The notes beneath the pieces were generated by a model. It was not told the origin of the DNA. It did not search any database and was given only the letters and a program-made list of their open reading frames with translations. Below are positions 9,381 through 17,788 of a stretch of 64,000 nucleotides of DNA, one piece after another (the stretch's first letter is position 1; every line of letters begins with the position of its first letter). Source of the DNA: a virus. The stretch covers positions 64,001 through 128,000 of the IMG/VR virus record IMGVR_UViG_3300020048_000018; one strand, 5' to 3'. The position numbers and the translations under genes were made by a program.

Positions 9381-10415
9381 TTAAATTCTTCTTAATTTTT
9401 TTAGTTTCTTATATTGTTTCTCTTCCAACTTAATTAAGCTCTTATTATCAAACACATAGTTTGAGTTAACAATAAAACCTATTATTACAACTACCCGAAA
9501 CAGATAGGAATAAATCACATTATGAACTCCAATAAACTCGGTTACTGGAATTTTTAGACTTTCACTAAAACCATTAAAGTAGGTTAAAAGTTTAAATATC
9601 ACCATATCAAAGTTTGGAGTACCATTACTAAAATACTCGCTAGGAAGTATCTTTCCCCAGCGCAGGTCAGCATAATTTGAGTAAAAAATCTTTTGAGTAG
9701 AGTTGTATAAACTTAAGGTAAAAACAACTATAAGTACAGCATAGGTAAAATAAAAACGTTTGGTAAGTTTTGCTTTTCTGATAAACCTCATCATAGCAAT
9801 AACCATTATTATTCTATATAAATATAAAACAATATTTGGGGTAAATGACTTAAAAGACAAACAGTCTGTTTGAAGGAGGGGTTCAATAGAACCAACCAGA
9901 ATATTTTTATAGGATCTGGGTTCTATAATAGGAACACTTCTGTATTCAATTATTGAGTATAAATAAACAATTACTCCTATAACCATTAAAATAAGTATCG
10001 TCCTCAGTAATTGGGTATATTTCTTAAGTTCTACAATAGAGGGCGTCAATAAAATCGAGAGCGCAAAATAATAGCCTACAAGTACTAAGCATATAGCATT
10101 AATAATTGAAAAGAATTGATAGGAATAATATGTTACCGAAACCCATATTCTTAAAAAACTAATAATACAAATTAATAGACTTGTAACAAAAATATACAAT
10201 TCAGAAGTTGACCCGTTAGACTTTAAGTACAATCTTAAAGACTTAATAGAATAATATACAAGGATAGCTATTGTGACTACCGAAATAATTAAATCTATAA
10301 TTACCAACCAATCGAATACTCCGGTAGAAACGAGATTTCCCTGTATGTGAAATATCCCAAAGACTTCTAAAAACTTAAAGTAAAATATATTTAATAGGTT
10401 TAACATAAATAGCAT
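9381..10415 (-). CDS. Polytopic membrane protein (about 7-8 hydrophobic segments), unknown function
   Basis: ORF track; alternating long hydrophobic stretches; basic C-tail. Confidence 0.7.
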   Translation of the reverse strand: MLFMLNLLNIFYFKFLEVFGIFHIQGNLVSTGVFDWLVIIDLIISVVTIAILVYYSIKSLRLYLKSNGSTSELYIFVTSLLICIISFLRIWVSVTYYSYQFFSIINAICLVLVGYYFALSILLTPSIVELKKYTQLLRTILILMVIGVIVYLYSIIEYRSVPIIEPRSYKNILVGSIEPLLQTDCLSFKSFTPNIVLYLYRIIMVIAMMRFIRKAKLTKRFYFTYAVLIVVFTLSLYNSTQKIFYSNYADLRWGKILPSEYFSNGTPNFDMVIFKLLTYFNGFSESLKIPVTEFIGVHNVIYSYLFRVVVIIGFIVNSNYVFDNKSLIKLEEKQYKKLKKLRRI

Positions 10416-11191
10416 CCTTCCAACACGTTTACCTTTGTTATTACCTTTCTATAGATATGACCAAAGAAGTAAATCCTAAAAGAAATTATAACCAAGGAAA
10501 TTAGTAATAATACTCCCTTATAAGACGAGGTAAAGTCTACTACATTTAATAAAAATACAGTTAGACAGTAGATTAAGAATAAAAAGTATTCATGAAATAC
10601 CGCAGTATTATTTTTAGTATATGAAATAGTCCTACTTAGATAAATAAACAATGCAGTAAATGACATACAAAAAAAGCACAAGAATAAGGTTAAAAACGAA
10701 TTTAATTGAGGAAGTGATTTTATTTGTCCCATTCCAAAAATGAGATTAAAAACAGAGTTTTCTAAATAGGTGTTATATATGATATCTCCATTAACACTTA
10801 CTGGTAGAAAGACTAGATAAATCATTAAGGAAATTTCTAAAAATACAATTATATGTTTTTGAAACAGAGTAGTAGTAAAAGTTATATTTCTTATAAGATA
10901 CAAACAATGAAAAAACAAAGCAATAAGATTAAAAACATTAAAAGCAATTTGATTATATCCTACAACCCTAAAACTAAAAATATTTGGAAACAAATAATGA
11001 TTAAAACTTAATAGATAAAAAGCATTTGAAATTATCATACTTGTAAGTGAAATGAGAAGATAATAGGTATTATACTTTGGTACTCCCTTAAAATAAGCTA
11101 CCTTTATAAGTTTTAGTGCTGACCTAATCAGTAAAAGTTCTATAAAAATAAAGCAACTAAAAAATATAGCATTTGTAATATAAGTAATCAT
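10400..11191 (-). CDS. Polytopic membrane protein (about 7 hydrophobic segments), unknown function
   Basis: ORF track; hydrophobic throughout. Confidence 0.7.
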   Translation of the reverse strand: MITYITNAIFFSCFIFIELLLIRSALKLIKVAYFKGVPKYNTYYLLISLTSMIISNAFYLLSFNHYLFPNIFSFRVVGYNQIAFNVFNLIALFFHCLYLIRNITFTTTLFQKHIIVFLEISLMIYLVFLPVSVNGDIIYNTYLENSVFNLIFGMGQIKSLPQLNSFLTLFLCFFCMSFTALFIYLSRTISYTKNNTAVFHEYFLFLIYCLTVFLLNVVDFTSSYKGVLLLISLVIISFRIYFFGHIYRKVITKVNVLEGCYLC

Positions 11192-12097
11192 TTATAACCC
11201 CACAATTTGACCCAAATCAGTGGATTTAATATCAGGAATATTTATAGTCATTATTTGAATAAGTTTCTTATTACAATCAGTATTCCTTTCTACTATTTGA
11301 GATTTATTTTCCTCTGACTGTCTCTTAGCATCATCTATACATGCAAGAATTTGCTTAAAGAGTTCATCTTTATTATCCTCAAAAGTTACTCTTGCAATTA
11401 TTAGGTCAACAGGATTTCTATAGTTGTCCATGCTTGCTTCAAAAGCTTTCACACATCTTCTTGCAATGTTGGTACCATATGCTTGAAACTCTTCTTCGTT
11501 TTTTTCAACCAAGTGGTTTCTGCTATATGCCTCATCTAGTTCTTTCATAATTATAGTTTCAAAATCTAAATCAATAAGTTTGCCAAAAAACCAAGAAGAA
11601 TCATCATACCTTATATCAAAGGAAGCATTGTCCTTATTCTTTCTCTCTAATTGTGTTTTATAGGCTTGAGTAAAAGTAAATGATATTGGGTTCAACATTC
11701 TTTTTGTGTTTGCTAACTGAGATTTTAATAATTGATTTTTTATCTCATTTGTCTCAGTGTAATAGTTAATAACCTCATCAATGGATTGGGTCATACAATT
11801 AATTATATTGTTTTTAGTAACCCCTACCATTGAAGATACAAAAGTCTTAGAGGGTTCCTCGGAGACTCCCTTAACGGCTTTTACCTCATCTTCTTTAGGT
11901 TTACGTTTTGTTGAAAACTTAAATAGTCCGTTCCCAAGTTCAATATTACTATCCTCAGAATTGCTAAATATTTTAGATATTAAGGATACACCAACTTTAA
12001 CTATATGCAACACTCCGAAAATACACAGTGCCATTAAAACTATAAGTATTAAGATATTTTGAGGGGTTGTAATGGATTTTATAAACTCTTCTGACAT
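11192..12097 (-). CDS. Protein with N-terminal TM helix and helical soluble domain
   Basis: ORF track; ILILIVLMALCIFGVLHIV then charged helical region; ACTAATTA motif upstream (12131-12138, minus). Confidence 0.7.
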   Translation of the reverse strand: MSEEFIKSITTPQNILILIVLMALCIFGVLHIVKVGVSLISKIFSNSEDSNIELGNGLFKFSTKRKPKEDEVKAVKGVSEEPSKTFVSSMVGVTKNNIINCMTQSIDEVINYYTETNEIKNQLLKSQLANTKRMLNPISFTFTQAYKTQLERKNKDNASFDIRYDDSSWFFGKLIDLDFETIIMKELDEAYSRNHLVEKNEEEFQAYGTNIARRCVKAFEASMDNYRNPVDLIIARVTFEDNKDELFKQILACIDDAKRQSEENKSQIVERNTDCNKKLIQIMTINIPDIKSTDLGQIVGL

Positions 12098-12212
12098 AAT
12101 TGAAAGTTCCTTAGCAGATTTTAGGATATTTAATTAGTTGTCTATTTTTTTTAGCTTTCAATCCCCTTAAATACTGAGAAAGGAGTGCCTTAATACCTAA
12201 AAAATAATTGTG

Positions 12213-12254
12213 AAAGTTTTGAACTTTTCTTGAATTCTCTATATATTATATAGG
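12213..12254 (+). promoter_or_regulatory. Class I repeated promoter
   Basis: AAAGTTTTGAACTTTTCTTGAATTCTCTATATATTATATAGG. Confidence 0.75.
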
Positions 12255-12384
12255 TAAACAAGGAGGGAAAAGGCAGAAAAGTGAGTAATCCTTAGTACAA
12301 TTGAAAAATACTTGTTAATATAACGTTATTGGCGTTCCATTATATACTTTGGGATGAAAGTTTAATCAGCCTTAGGGAGAGTTT

Positions 12385-12705
12385 ATGAAATCAGAGTATT
12401 TGGGAATGAGAATAACCTCGGCAGTAAGAACTGCCGATGCCCTCCTGAGAAAGGAATCAAAAAACCTTAGAATATTTGCACGAATAAATGAGTCAGAAAT
12501 TATGCCCATTTTTGATATTGATGAATTGGAAGATAGCCTTGTGTCTTCTTCTATTCGCATTTTCGAGAATACCAAGGTAGAAAAATCCGTGTTCTGGCTG
12601 GACAGAATATCCGAAACTTCTGCACAGATTCGGAGCGTAAACTTTAGTAATAATATCGAACTTGGATCTAAAATAGAGTTTGATATAAAACAAGTGGAGG
12701 CTTAA
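12385..12705 (+). CDS. Hypothetical protein
   Basis: ORF track; GGGAGAG RBS. Confidence 0.55.
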   Translation: MKSEYLGMRITSAVRTADALLRKESKNLRIFARINESEIMPIFDIDELEDSLVSSSIRIFENTKVEKSVFWLDRISETSAQIRSVNFSNNIELGSKIEFDIKQVEA

Positions 12706-13128
12706 ATGAATGCTATCAGTGAAAAAACCCCTAGTAGAACTAAGAATGTATTTTCTCTGGTAGCAAACTACCTTAGTAATACCCATGAATTCTCAAAGAT
12801 TTACAAGAAACCTTTTGGATTTATTTGTGTTACTAAGGATAATAAAACTTGGTTCATTGCGGTTAAAACCAAAATTAATAATTATCCAAACTTTACCTAT
12901 AAGAATGAGTTTAATTATTCCAAGGTTCTTGTTTCCAAAGACCTTGTTATAGATGAGTTTCTTCATATTTTTTCCTCCAACTCTCAGTCTTTTGAGGCTT
13001 ATAGAACAAAGGGGAAAAAAATAAAATATCTTTCTAGATATGGAAAGGAAAATAGAAAGTATCTTTCCATAAATCTTAAAGATATAAAGAAAGTTTCTGA
13101 TTATGTCAGGTATATCGAGGAGTACTAA
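12706..13128 (+). CDS. Hypothetical basic protein, faint degenerate PD-(D/E)xK resemblance
   Basis: ORF track; WFIAVKTK resembles FIEVKT. Confidence 0.5.
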   Translation: MNAISEKTPSRTKNVFSLVANYLSNTHEFSKIYKKPFGFICVTKDNKTWFIAVKTKINNYPNFTYKNEFNYSKVLVSKDLVIDEFLHIFSSNSQSFEAYRTKGKKIKYLSRYGKENRKYLSINLKDIKKVSDYVRYIEEY

Positions 13129-13335
13129 ATGGATAAAAACTCTAAGCTCATAAATAAATATGAGAGTATCCTTACACAGCTATCAGAAGCTTTCGATGAT
13201 CCTTTCACATGGAATGTGAAAGCGGCAAAGATATTGGAAGAAGCTTTTAAGAAAAAAGATGAGGAACTAACCTTTTTTAAGGACAAAGTTGTATATTACA
13301 AACAACTTTTCAAGGATCTTAATAAGACCAACTAA
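13129..13335 (+). CDS. Hypothetical protein
   Basis: ORF track; GAGGAG RBS. Confidence 0.55.
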   Translation: MDKNSKLINKYESILTQLSEAFDDPFTWNVKAAKILEEAFKKKDEELTFFKDKVVYYKQLFKDLNKTN

Positions 13336-13387
13336 TTTTTAAAAGTGGTTATAATAGCCTCTTATTACTTACTATGGAGTATAACAA

Positions 13388-13567
13388 ATGAGCGATTTTA
13401 ATGATGATGATTATTTTGATGGAGTGGACCTTGATGAAGAAGATGACCTTCTTGGAGATTATTCTGATGATGATGAAGATGACTTCGATGAAGATGAATC
13501 CCTGTGGGATGACGATGACTTCGAGGATGATTTTGATGAGGAAGACGGATTCTCGTTCGTAGAATAA
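13388..13567 (+). CDS. 59-aa hyperacidic peptide (not in ORF track)
   Basis: GGAG RBS; MSDFNDDDYFDGVDLDEEDDLLGDYSDDDEDDFDEDESLWDDDDFEDDFDEEDGFSFVE; stop overlaps next ATG (TAATG). Confidence 0.75.
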   Translation: MSDFNDDDYFDGVDLDEEDDLLGDYSDDDEDDFDEDESLWDDDDFEDDFDEEDGFSFVE

Positions 13568-13752
13568 TGATTAAAAACATTGACTCTGTAGGTCTGGTAG
13601 ATTTTGTAATGGAATCTGCCACCTGCAACTTACCTAGGATTTGTTCTCAAGCTACAATAACTGATATGCAACTCAATCCAAAATCCCATAAAAACTTAAA
13701 GTTTGAGGGATACACAATCAAAGTATCTGTGGAGTTTATTAAGAATGGCTAA
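13567..13752 (+). CDS. Hypothetical protein
   Basis: ORF track. Confidence 0.5.
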   Translation: MIKNIDSVGLVDFVMESATCNLPRICSQATITDMQLNPKSHKNLKFEGYTIKVSVEFIKNG

Positions 13753-13948
13753 AAAAATTATGAAGGTTACAATATCCTTTTGTGGAGAATGTTGCTATTG
13801 TGAAGCAGGGGAAAAAATGGACAATGGTAAGACTCAAGTATTTTGTGAGTTTGGAAATAAACACCAAATAATTCTGGAATCAAAAGACCTTCAACCAATC
13901 TGGGATAGAATTGTCCTTGGAGACAAATGCCCTTTGGATAATGTGTGA
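13745..13948 (+). CDS. Small Cys-rich hypothetical protein (CGECCYC)
   Basis: ORF track 13703..13948; start moved to 13745. Confidence 0.5.
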   Translation: MAKKIMKVTISFCGECCYCEAGEKMDNGKTQVFCEFGNKHQIILESKDLQPIWDRIVLGDKCPLDNV

Positions 13949-14003
13949 AACACACTAAAAGTTTTTGTTAATATTAATAGTATCAAAACATTAGGAGAAT
14001 AGT

Positions 14004-14249
14004 ATGAGACGGACAATTACAATAGTTTCAGATTTGGTTCCAACAGCAAATGATTTTACTTATTTTAGATCAAATGGTTTCTCTATGGAAAAGTATGGTG
14101 AGGAAGGTAAGGAAGGTGTTGAAGTAGTTGGAATTCCTGAGGACTTCGACCAGTTTGAGTTCATGGAGAAAGATAAGTTTTCAAAAAATATCCTTAGCAA
14201 TTTCATTTCAGACATTTTCTCAAAATATGTAAATTACGATTATGCTTGA
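14004..14249 (+). CDS. Hypothetical protein
   Basis: ORF track; AGGAG RBS; TGTTAATAT at 13966. Confidence 0.55.
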   Translation: MRRTITIVSDLVPTANDFTYFRSNGFSMEKYGEEGKEGVEVVGIPEDFDQFEFMEKDKFSKNILSNFISDIFSKYVNYDYA

Positions 14250-14306
14250 TAGAGAAGATGGAGTGTATTTCAGAAACACCCTGAAATAAAGACGTAAAGG
14301 AAAAAT

Positions 14307-14405
14307 ATGATTGAGATTGGTACCAACCTTCAGCAAATAATTCTTGGAGCACTGGCAATAGTTGCTATTGCTATAGTACTTATAAACCTCATCAAGCGTA
14401 TATGA
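14307..14405 (+). CDS. 32-aa single-TM peptide (not in ORF track)
   Basis: AAAGGA RBS; MIEIGTNLQQIILGALAIVAIAIVLINLIKRI; stop overlaps next ATG. Confidence 0.55.
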   Translation: MIEIGTNLQQIILGALAIVAIAIVLINLIKRI

Positions 14406-14809
14406 AGAGTTCTTATGATGTTTGGATGTCTACATACAAAGGTGAAATTTACCGAAAGTGTGTAGAAGTAACCAATGAAATGAAAAAGGTCTTTCCAGAA
14501 CTCATCATTGTGAAAGGTCTTGCTCAGATCATGGAAAATGAAGAATGGTATCCACATCAGTGGTTAATTGATCCTGTTACCAAAGAAATAATAGACCCAA
14601 CAGAACGTCAATGGAAGGGAATCCTTGAGTATAAGGAACTTCCTAAGACTATGACAAAGCTAGAAAAATGTCCTAACTGTGGGCATTGGATTCTAAATGA
14701 AGACTTTGAGGGTCTCTGTTCTGAAAAATGTGAGAAAGAATACCTTGAATATCTGAATGCATGTGTTGTCACAAACTATGACGACGATGATTGCCCAGAG
14801 GATTATTAG
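14402..14809 (+). CDS. Possible papain/transglutaminase-fold protein with C-terminal Zn-binding motif
   Basis: RKCVE ... PHQWL ... IIDPT..Q (Cys-His-Asp order); CPNCG...CSEKC. Confidence 0.45.
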   Translation: MKSSYDVWMSTYKGEIYRKCVEVTNEMKKVFPELIIVKGLAQIMENEEWYPHQWLIDPVTKEIIDPTERQWKGILEYKELPKTMTKLEKCPNCGHWILNEDFEGLCSEKCEKEYLEYLNACVVTNYDDDDCPEDY

Positions 14810-14883
14810 ACTAAATCCAACGGAAGAGATATGTGACTTGATGATTCCAAAAAAAAAATTAAAAACCATTGGAGGTTTTATAT

Positions 14884-15312
14884 ATGAAGATAACCTTGCC
14901 TTTTGAAGGTTCCAAAGAAGAAATTGAATTAATTTCTAAAAAATATAATGTAGAGTTCGAGAGCCTTAGTAACGTTAAGCTATCAATCGTTTCTTCTCCT
15001 CTCTATATTGTAGAAGGTACTAGCAAAGAACTGTTAGTTTTTATTAACAAGTTTATGGAATCAATAGGTTGCTCAGGCAGTATTGATAGTTTTCTCAAAG
15101 TCTCAAATGACAAAATCTTTGTCTATTGGGAACGACTCGGTGAAACTTTTAAGTTGGAATATTATTTAAGTGCTGTGGAAGCAGAGCTTAATCAGAAAGC
15201 TATCGATGCTAAAACTACCGATAAAGCTAAGACTGAGGATGATATTGAAAATATTAAAAATAGAGTTGACACCAGACAGAAACTTAAAATGGATATTTCT
15301 AAGATTCTGTAG
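14884..15312 (+). CDS. Hypothetical protein
   Basis: ORF track 14869 (TTG); ATG 14884 follows GGAGG. Confidence 0.55.
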   Translation: MKITLPFEGSKEEIELISKKYNVEFESLSNVKLSIVSSPLYIVEGTSKELLVFINKFMESIGCSGSIDSFLKVSNDKIFVYWERLGETFKLEYYLSAVEAELNQKAIDAKTTDKAKTEDDIENIKNRVDTRQKLKMDISKIL

Positions 15313-15374
15313 TTGACCCTTTTCTAATTTTCCTGTACATTAATAAGTGTAGGATGAAAGTCCTACCGTACATA

Positions 15375-15446
15375 GTCCCGTTCGCCAAATGGTTAAGGCG
15401 GTGTTCTGCAAAAGCACTATCGTGAGTTCAATTCTCACACGGGACT
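15375..15446 (+). tRNA. trnC: tRNA-Cys (GCA), CCA not encoded
   Basis: Acceptor GTCCCGT/ACGGGAC; D arm GCC..TGG..GGC; anticodon stem GTGTT/AGCAC, loop CTGCAAA; T arm GTGAG-TTCAATT-CTCAC; discriminator U as expected for Cys. Confidence 0.93.
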
Positions 15447-15452
15447 CTTTAG

Positions 15453-15483
15453 AACCTTGAAACTTTTGTTTCAGGGTTTTTTG
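15453..15483 (+). terminator. Intrinsic terminator after tRNA-Cys
   Basis: AACCTTGAAAC-TTTT-GTTTCAGGGTT then T run. Confidence 0.75.
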
Positions 15484-15496
15484 TTAATATAGTTTA

Positions 15497-15991
15497 ATGA
15501 ACTATAAACCCTTTGATAAAAAAGAATATGAAAGAAATGATGAACGAGCTAAAAAAGCAGGACAGATTTTTCTGAGACAAAAAGGCTGTATGCCTGTACG
15601 TGAAACACAAGAGTTCTATAAACTTAAAGATTTTTCAGTTATCTATAAAGGAGAAGATATCCCCGTAGAAGTTGAAATTAAAAATATGTGGAAGTCTTCT
15701 TTCAAATGGCTAGGATATTCAACCGTCAGTATTCCTACTCGAAAAAACCAAAGTAAATCTACCCTCTACCTACTCTTTAATGATAGAATGGATACCCTTC
15801 TGTATTGTCCTACAAGTGAGGTCTTATCCTCTACAATCATAAAAAAGAATACAAGCAAGGGTACTGTTTTAGAACCCTTCTTCGATAGCCCTCTATCAAA
15901 ATGGAGAATGGAAGCCCTGATAAATGGGGTTTGGAGCGAAGTAACCAATTTTGGAGGAGTAAGCCTTCAGGAGATATTAATAGGAAAATGA
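15497..15991 (+). CDS. Putative PD-(D/E)xK nuclease-fold protein
   Basis: LKDF...VEVEIK (D...ExK); SIPTRK; LLFN. Confidence 0.55.
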   Translation: MNYKPFDKKEYERNDERAKKAGQIFLRQKGCMPVRETQEFYKLKDFSVIYKGEDIPVEVEIKNMWKSSFKWLGYSTVSIPTRKNQSKSTLYLLFNDRMDTLLYCPTSEVLSSTIIKKNTSKGTVLEPFFDSPLSKWRMEALINGVWSEVTNFGGVSLQEILIGK

Positions 15992-16006
15992 AGGTGAATT
16001 CGGTAA

Positions 16007-16050
16007 AAAGTTTTGAACTTTTTGAAAATATTCTATATATTATATATATA
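16007..16050 (+). promoter_or_regulatory. Class I repeated promoter
   Basis: GAATTCGGTAAAAAGTTTTGAACTTTTTGAAAATATTCTATATATTATAT. Confidence 0.8.
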
Positions 16051-16077
16051 TATATAGAAGGTTCATAAGGAGTTCAT

Positions 16078-16191
16078 ATGATTCAATTTTCAGTTTTTCA
16101 AGTTATCGTTATTGTTGCCGTGTGGTCAGTTATAAGCGATTTGATTGCATTTTTTGTTATCAAACGGTTCTTCAATGTGACCCGAAAATAA
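16078..16191 (+). CDS. 37-aa single-TM peptide (not in ORF track)
   Basis: AAGGAG RBS; MIQFSVFQVIVIVAVWSVISDLIAFFVIKRFFNVTRK; own promoter and terminator. Confidence 0.65.
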   Translation: MIQFSVFQVIVIVAVWSVISDLIAFFVIKRFFNVTRK

Positions 16192-16209
16192 CTTTTATTT
16201 CGTTGGTTA

Positions 16210-16240
16210 AACCCTGAAAACAAGCTTTTCAGGGTTTTTT
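16210..16240 (+). terminator. Intrinsic terminator
   Basis: AACCCTGAAAA-CAAGC-TTTTCAGGGTT then T run. Confidence 0.8.
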
Positions 16241-16266
16241 ATTTTAAAATCGTTCAGAATTCGGTA

Positions 16267-16311
16267 AAAAGATTTGAACTTTTTCTTAAACTCCTATATA
16301 TTATATAAGTA
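16267..16311 (+). promoter_or_regulatory. Class I repeated promoter
   Basis: GAATTCGGTAAAAAGATTTGAACTTTTTCTTAAACTCCTATATATTATAT. Confidence 0.8.
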
Positions 16312-16333
16312 AGGTAACAAAGGAGTATATGGT

Positions 16334-17287
16334 ATGAAAGAGATGTTTGACAGTAAGGGCGTTCCAATGATTGAAAACTATCTTGAAGCGAGAGAGATTG
16401 CTTTGAGATTCCTAAATATTAAGTATACTCTCAAAGAATATGTTAGATTACATGATTTCGGAGTATTTGATGGACTTGGGATGCCTCCTGACCCTGTTGA
16501 GTTTTATCAAATTAAATGGTTCACCTTTATCGGGAAAATCCCTATTATAAAAGACTTTATGGAAGCAAGAAAACTTGCCATACCTCTCCTTAATGAAATT
16601 CTCACTCGACCAGAATATGAAAGATTATTTGAACTCGGTGTTTTTTATGGCACCGGGCTTCCTCAAAGTCCTGTAGATACTTATCATATGTCTTGGGATA
16701 AGTTTATCGGAAACCCCCCTCGAATACCCATGATTCAAGATTACCTTGAAGCAAGAGCAATTGCTTTGGTATATCTTAAAGATAAACCAACTCATACGGA
16801 ATATAGTCGTTTACATGCCCTTAAAGTATTTAAGGGAATGGGAATGCCCTCTAATCCAGCAGACTATTATCATTTGGAAGATTGGTATGCTTTTATTGGA
16901 ATAGTAAAAACTCCGATAATTAAGAGTTATCTTAAGGCAAGGAAAGTTGCTTTAAAAGCCCTTAAAGGAGATATCTCTAAATCCGAATACAGAAGATTAT
17001 ATGTTCTGGGTGTACTGGAAGATTTGGGGCTTCCAAGAGACCCTGTTAATTATTATAATCTGGATACTTGGGGGGATTTTACCGGCGTTAAAAAAGTCCC
17101 TATAATAAAAGACCCCTCGGAAGCAAGGACGGTGGCTTTAGCTCTTATGGGAGACAACATTAATCCTAAGGAATATAAGAGATTAAATGACATTGGCTCA
17201 CTGAAAGAAGTAGGTCTACCATATAATTTAGTCCAACAATACAATATGTCTTTTTATATTTTCATGGGAACCCAGAAAGCTATTTGA
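16334..17287 (+). CDS. Tandem-repeat protein, five units of about 60 aa, resembling integrase-repeat (INT_rpt)-type units
   Basis: Unit consensus P(I/M)I..Y.EAR..AL..L......EY.RL...GV..G.G(L/M)P..PV.YY....W..F.G. Confidence 0.65.
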   Translation: MKEMFDSKGVPMIENYLEAREIALRFLNIKYTLKEYVRLHDFGVFDGLGMPPDPVEFYQIKWFTFIGKIPIIKDFMEARKLAIPLLNEILTRPEYERLFELGVFYGTGLPQSPVDTYHMSWDKFIGNPPRIPMIQDYLEARAIALVYLKDKPTHTEYSRLHALKVFKGMGMPSNPADYYHLEDWYAFIGIVKTPIIKSYLKARKVALKALKGDISKSEYRRLYVLGVLEDLGLPRDPVNYYNLDTWGDFTGVKKVPIIKDPSEARTVALALMGDNINPKEYKRLNDIGSLKEVGLPYNLVQQYNMSFYIFMGTQKAI

Positions 17288-17317
17288 TAAAAACTTCACA
17301 AGGAAAAGGGAATAATA

Positions 17318-17692
17318 ATGAGAGAAGAACTTCAGAAAATTGAAAATGTACGTGAAACCTTTTCTGCAACTTTTGTACGTTATGGTCTAATCCAAAACTT
17401 CTATTGTCCTCAAGAGTCTATTGTCCTGAAAAACATTAAGAACACTAAAACTGATGAAGTGGTTGTTGCAGAAGAATACACCTTTAGACTTTCAAAGGGT
17501 TTTGCCCAACTAAGCGGAGTTCTTAAGGAAAATGACACAATTCAATTTGATGCCAGAGTTTCCGAGTGCGAAGTTATTTCTGGAAGGGAAGATTGTGGAT
17601 ATGTTCCAAAGATTCAAAATGAATACAGTCTCGTTAAGTCCAGTAAAAAGGATTACCGATTCTCCCATCCCAACAAAATAAGTAAACTGTGA
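17318..17692 (+). CDS. Hypothetical protein, possible OB-like fold
   Basis: ORF track; beta-rich, IQFDARV. Confidence 0.55.
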   Translation: MREELQKIENVRETFSATFVRYGLIQNFYCPQESIVLKNIKNTKTDEVVVAEEYTFRLSKGFAQLSGVLKENDTIQFDARVSECEVISGREDCGYVPKIQNEYSLVKSSKKDYRFSHPNKISKL

Positions 17693-17788
17693 AATATTTT
17701 TAAGAATAAAGAACTAAAACTTCTTCTACTAATTACTTAAAGTTATTATCTTAGAATCATTTCTAGATAAACAAAAAAGGAAACAAAT

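Noticed and set aside
13398-13628. His-rich minus-strand ORF from the track
   Set aside because: It is the antisense shadow of the GAT/GAA-rich acidic peptide at 13388-13567, which has the RBS and operon context.
16035-16057. (TA)n microsatellite as a contingency locus
   Set aside because: It is an extension of the TATATATTATAT tail of the class I promoter copy; no evidence of phase variation from one sequence.
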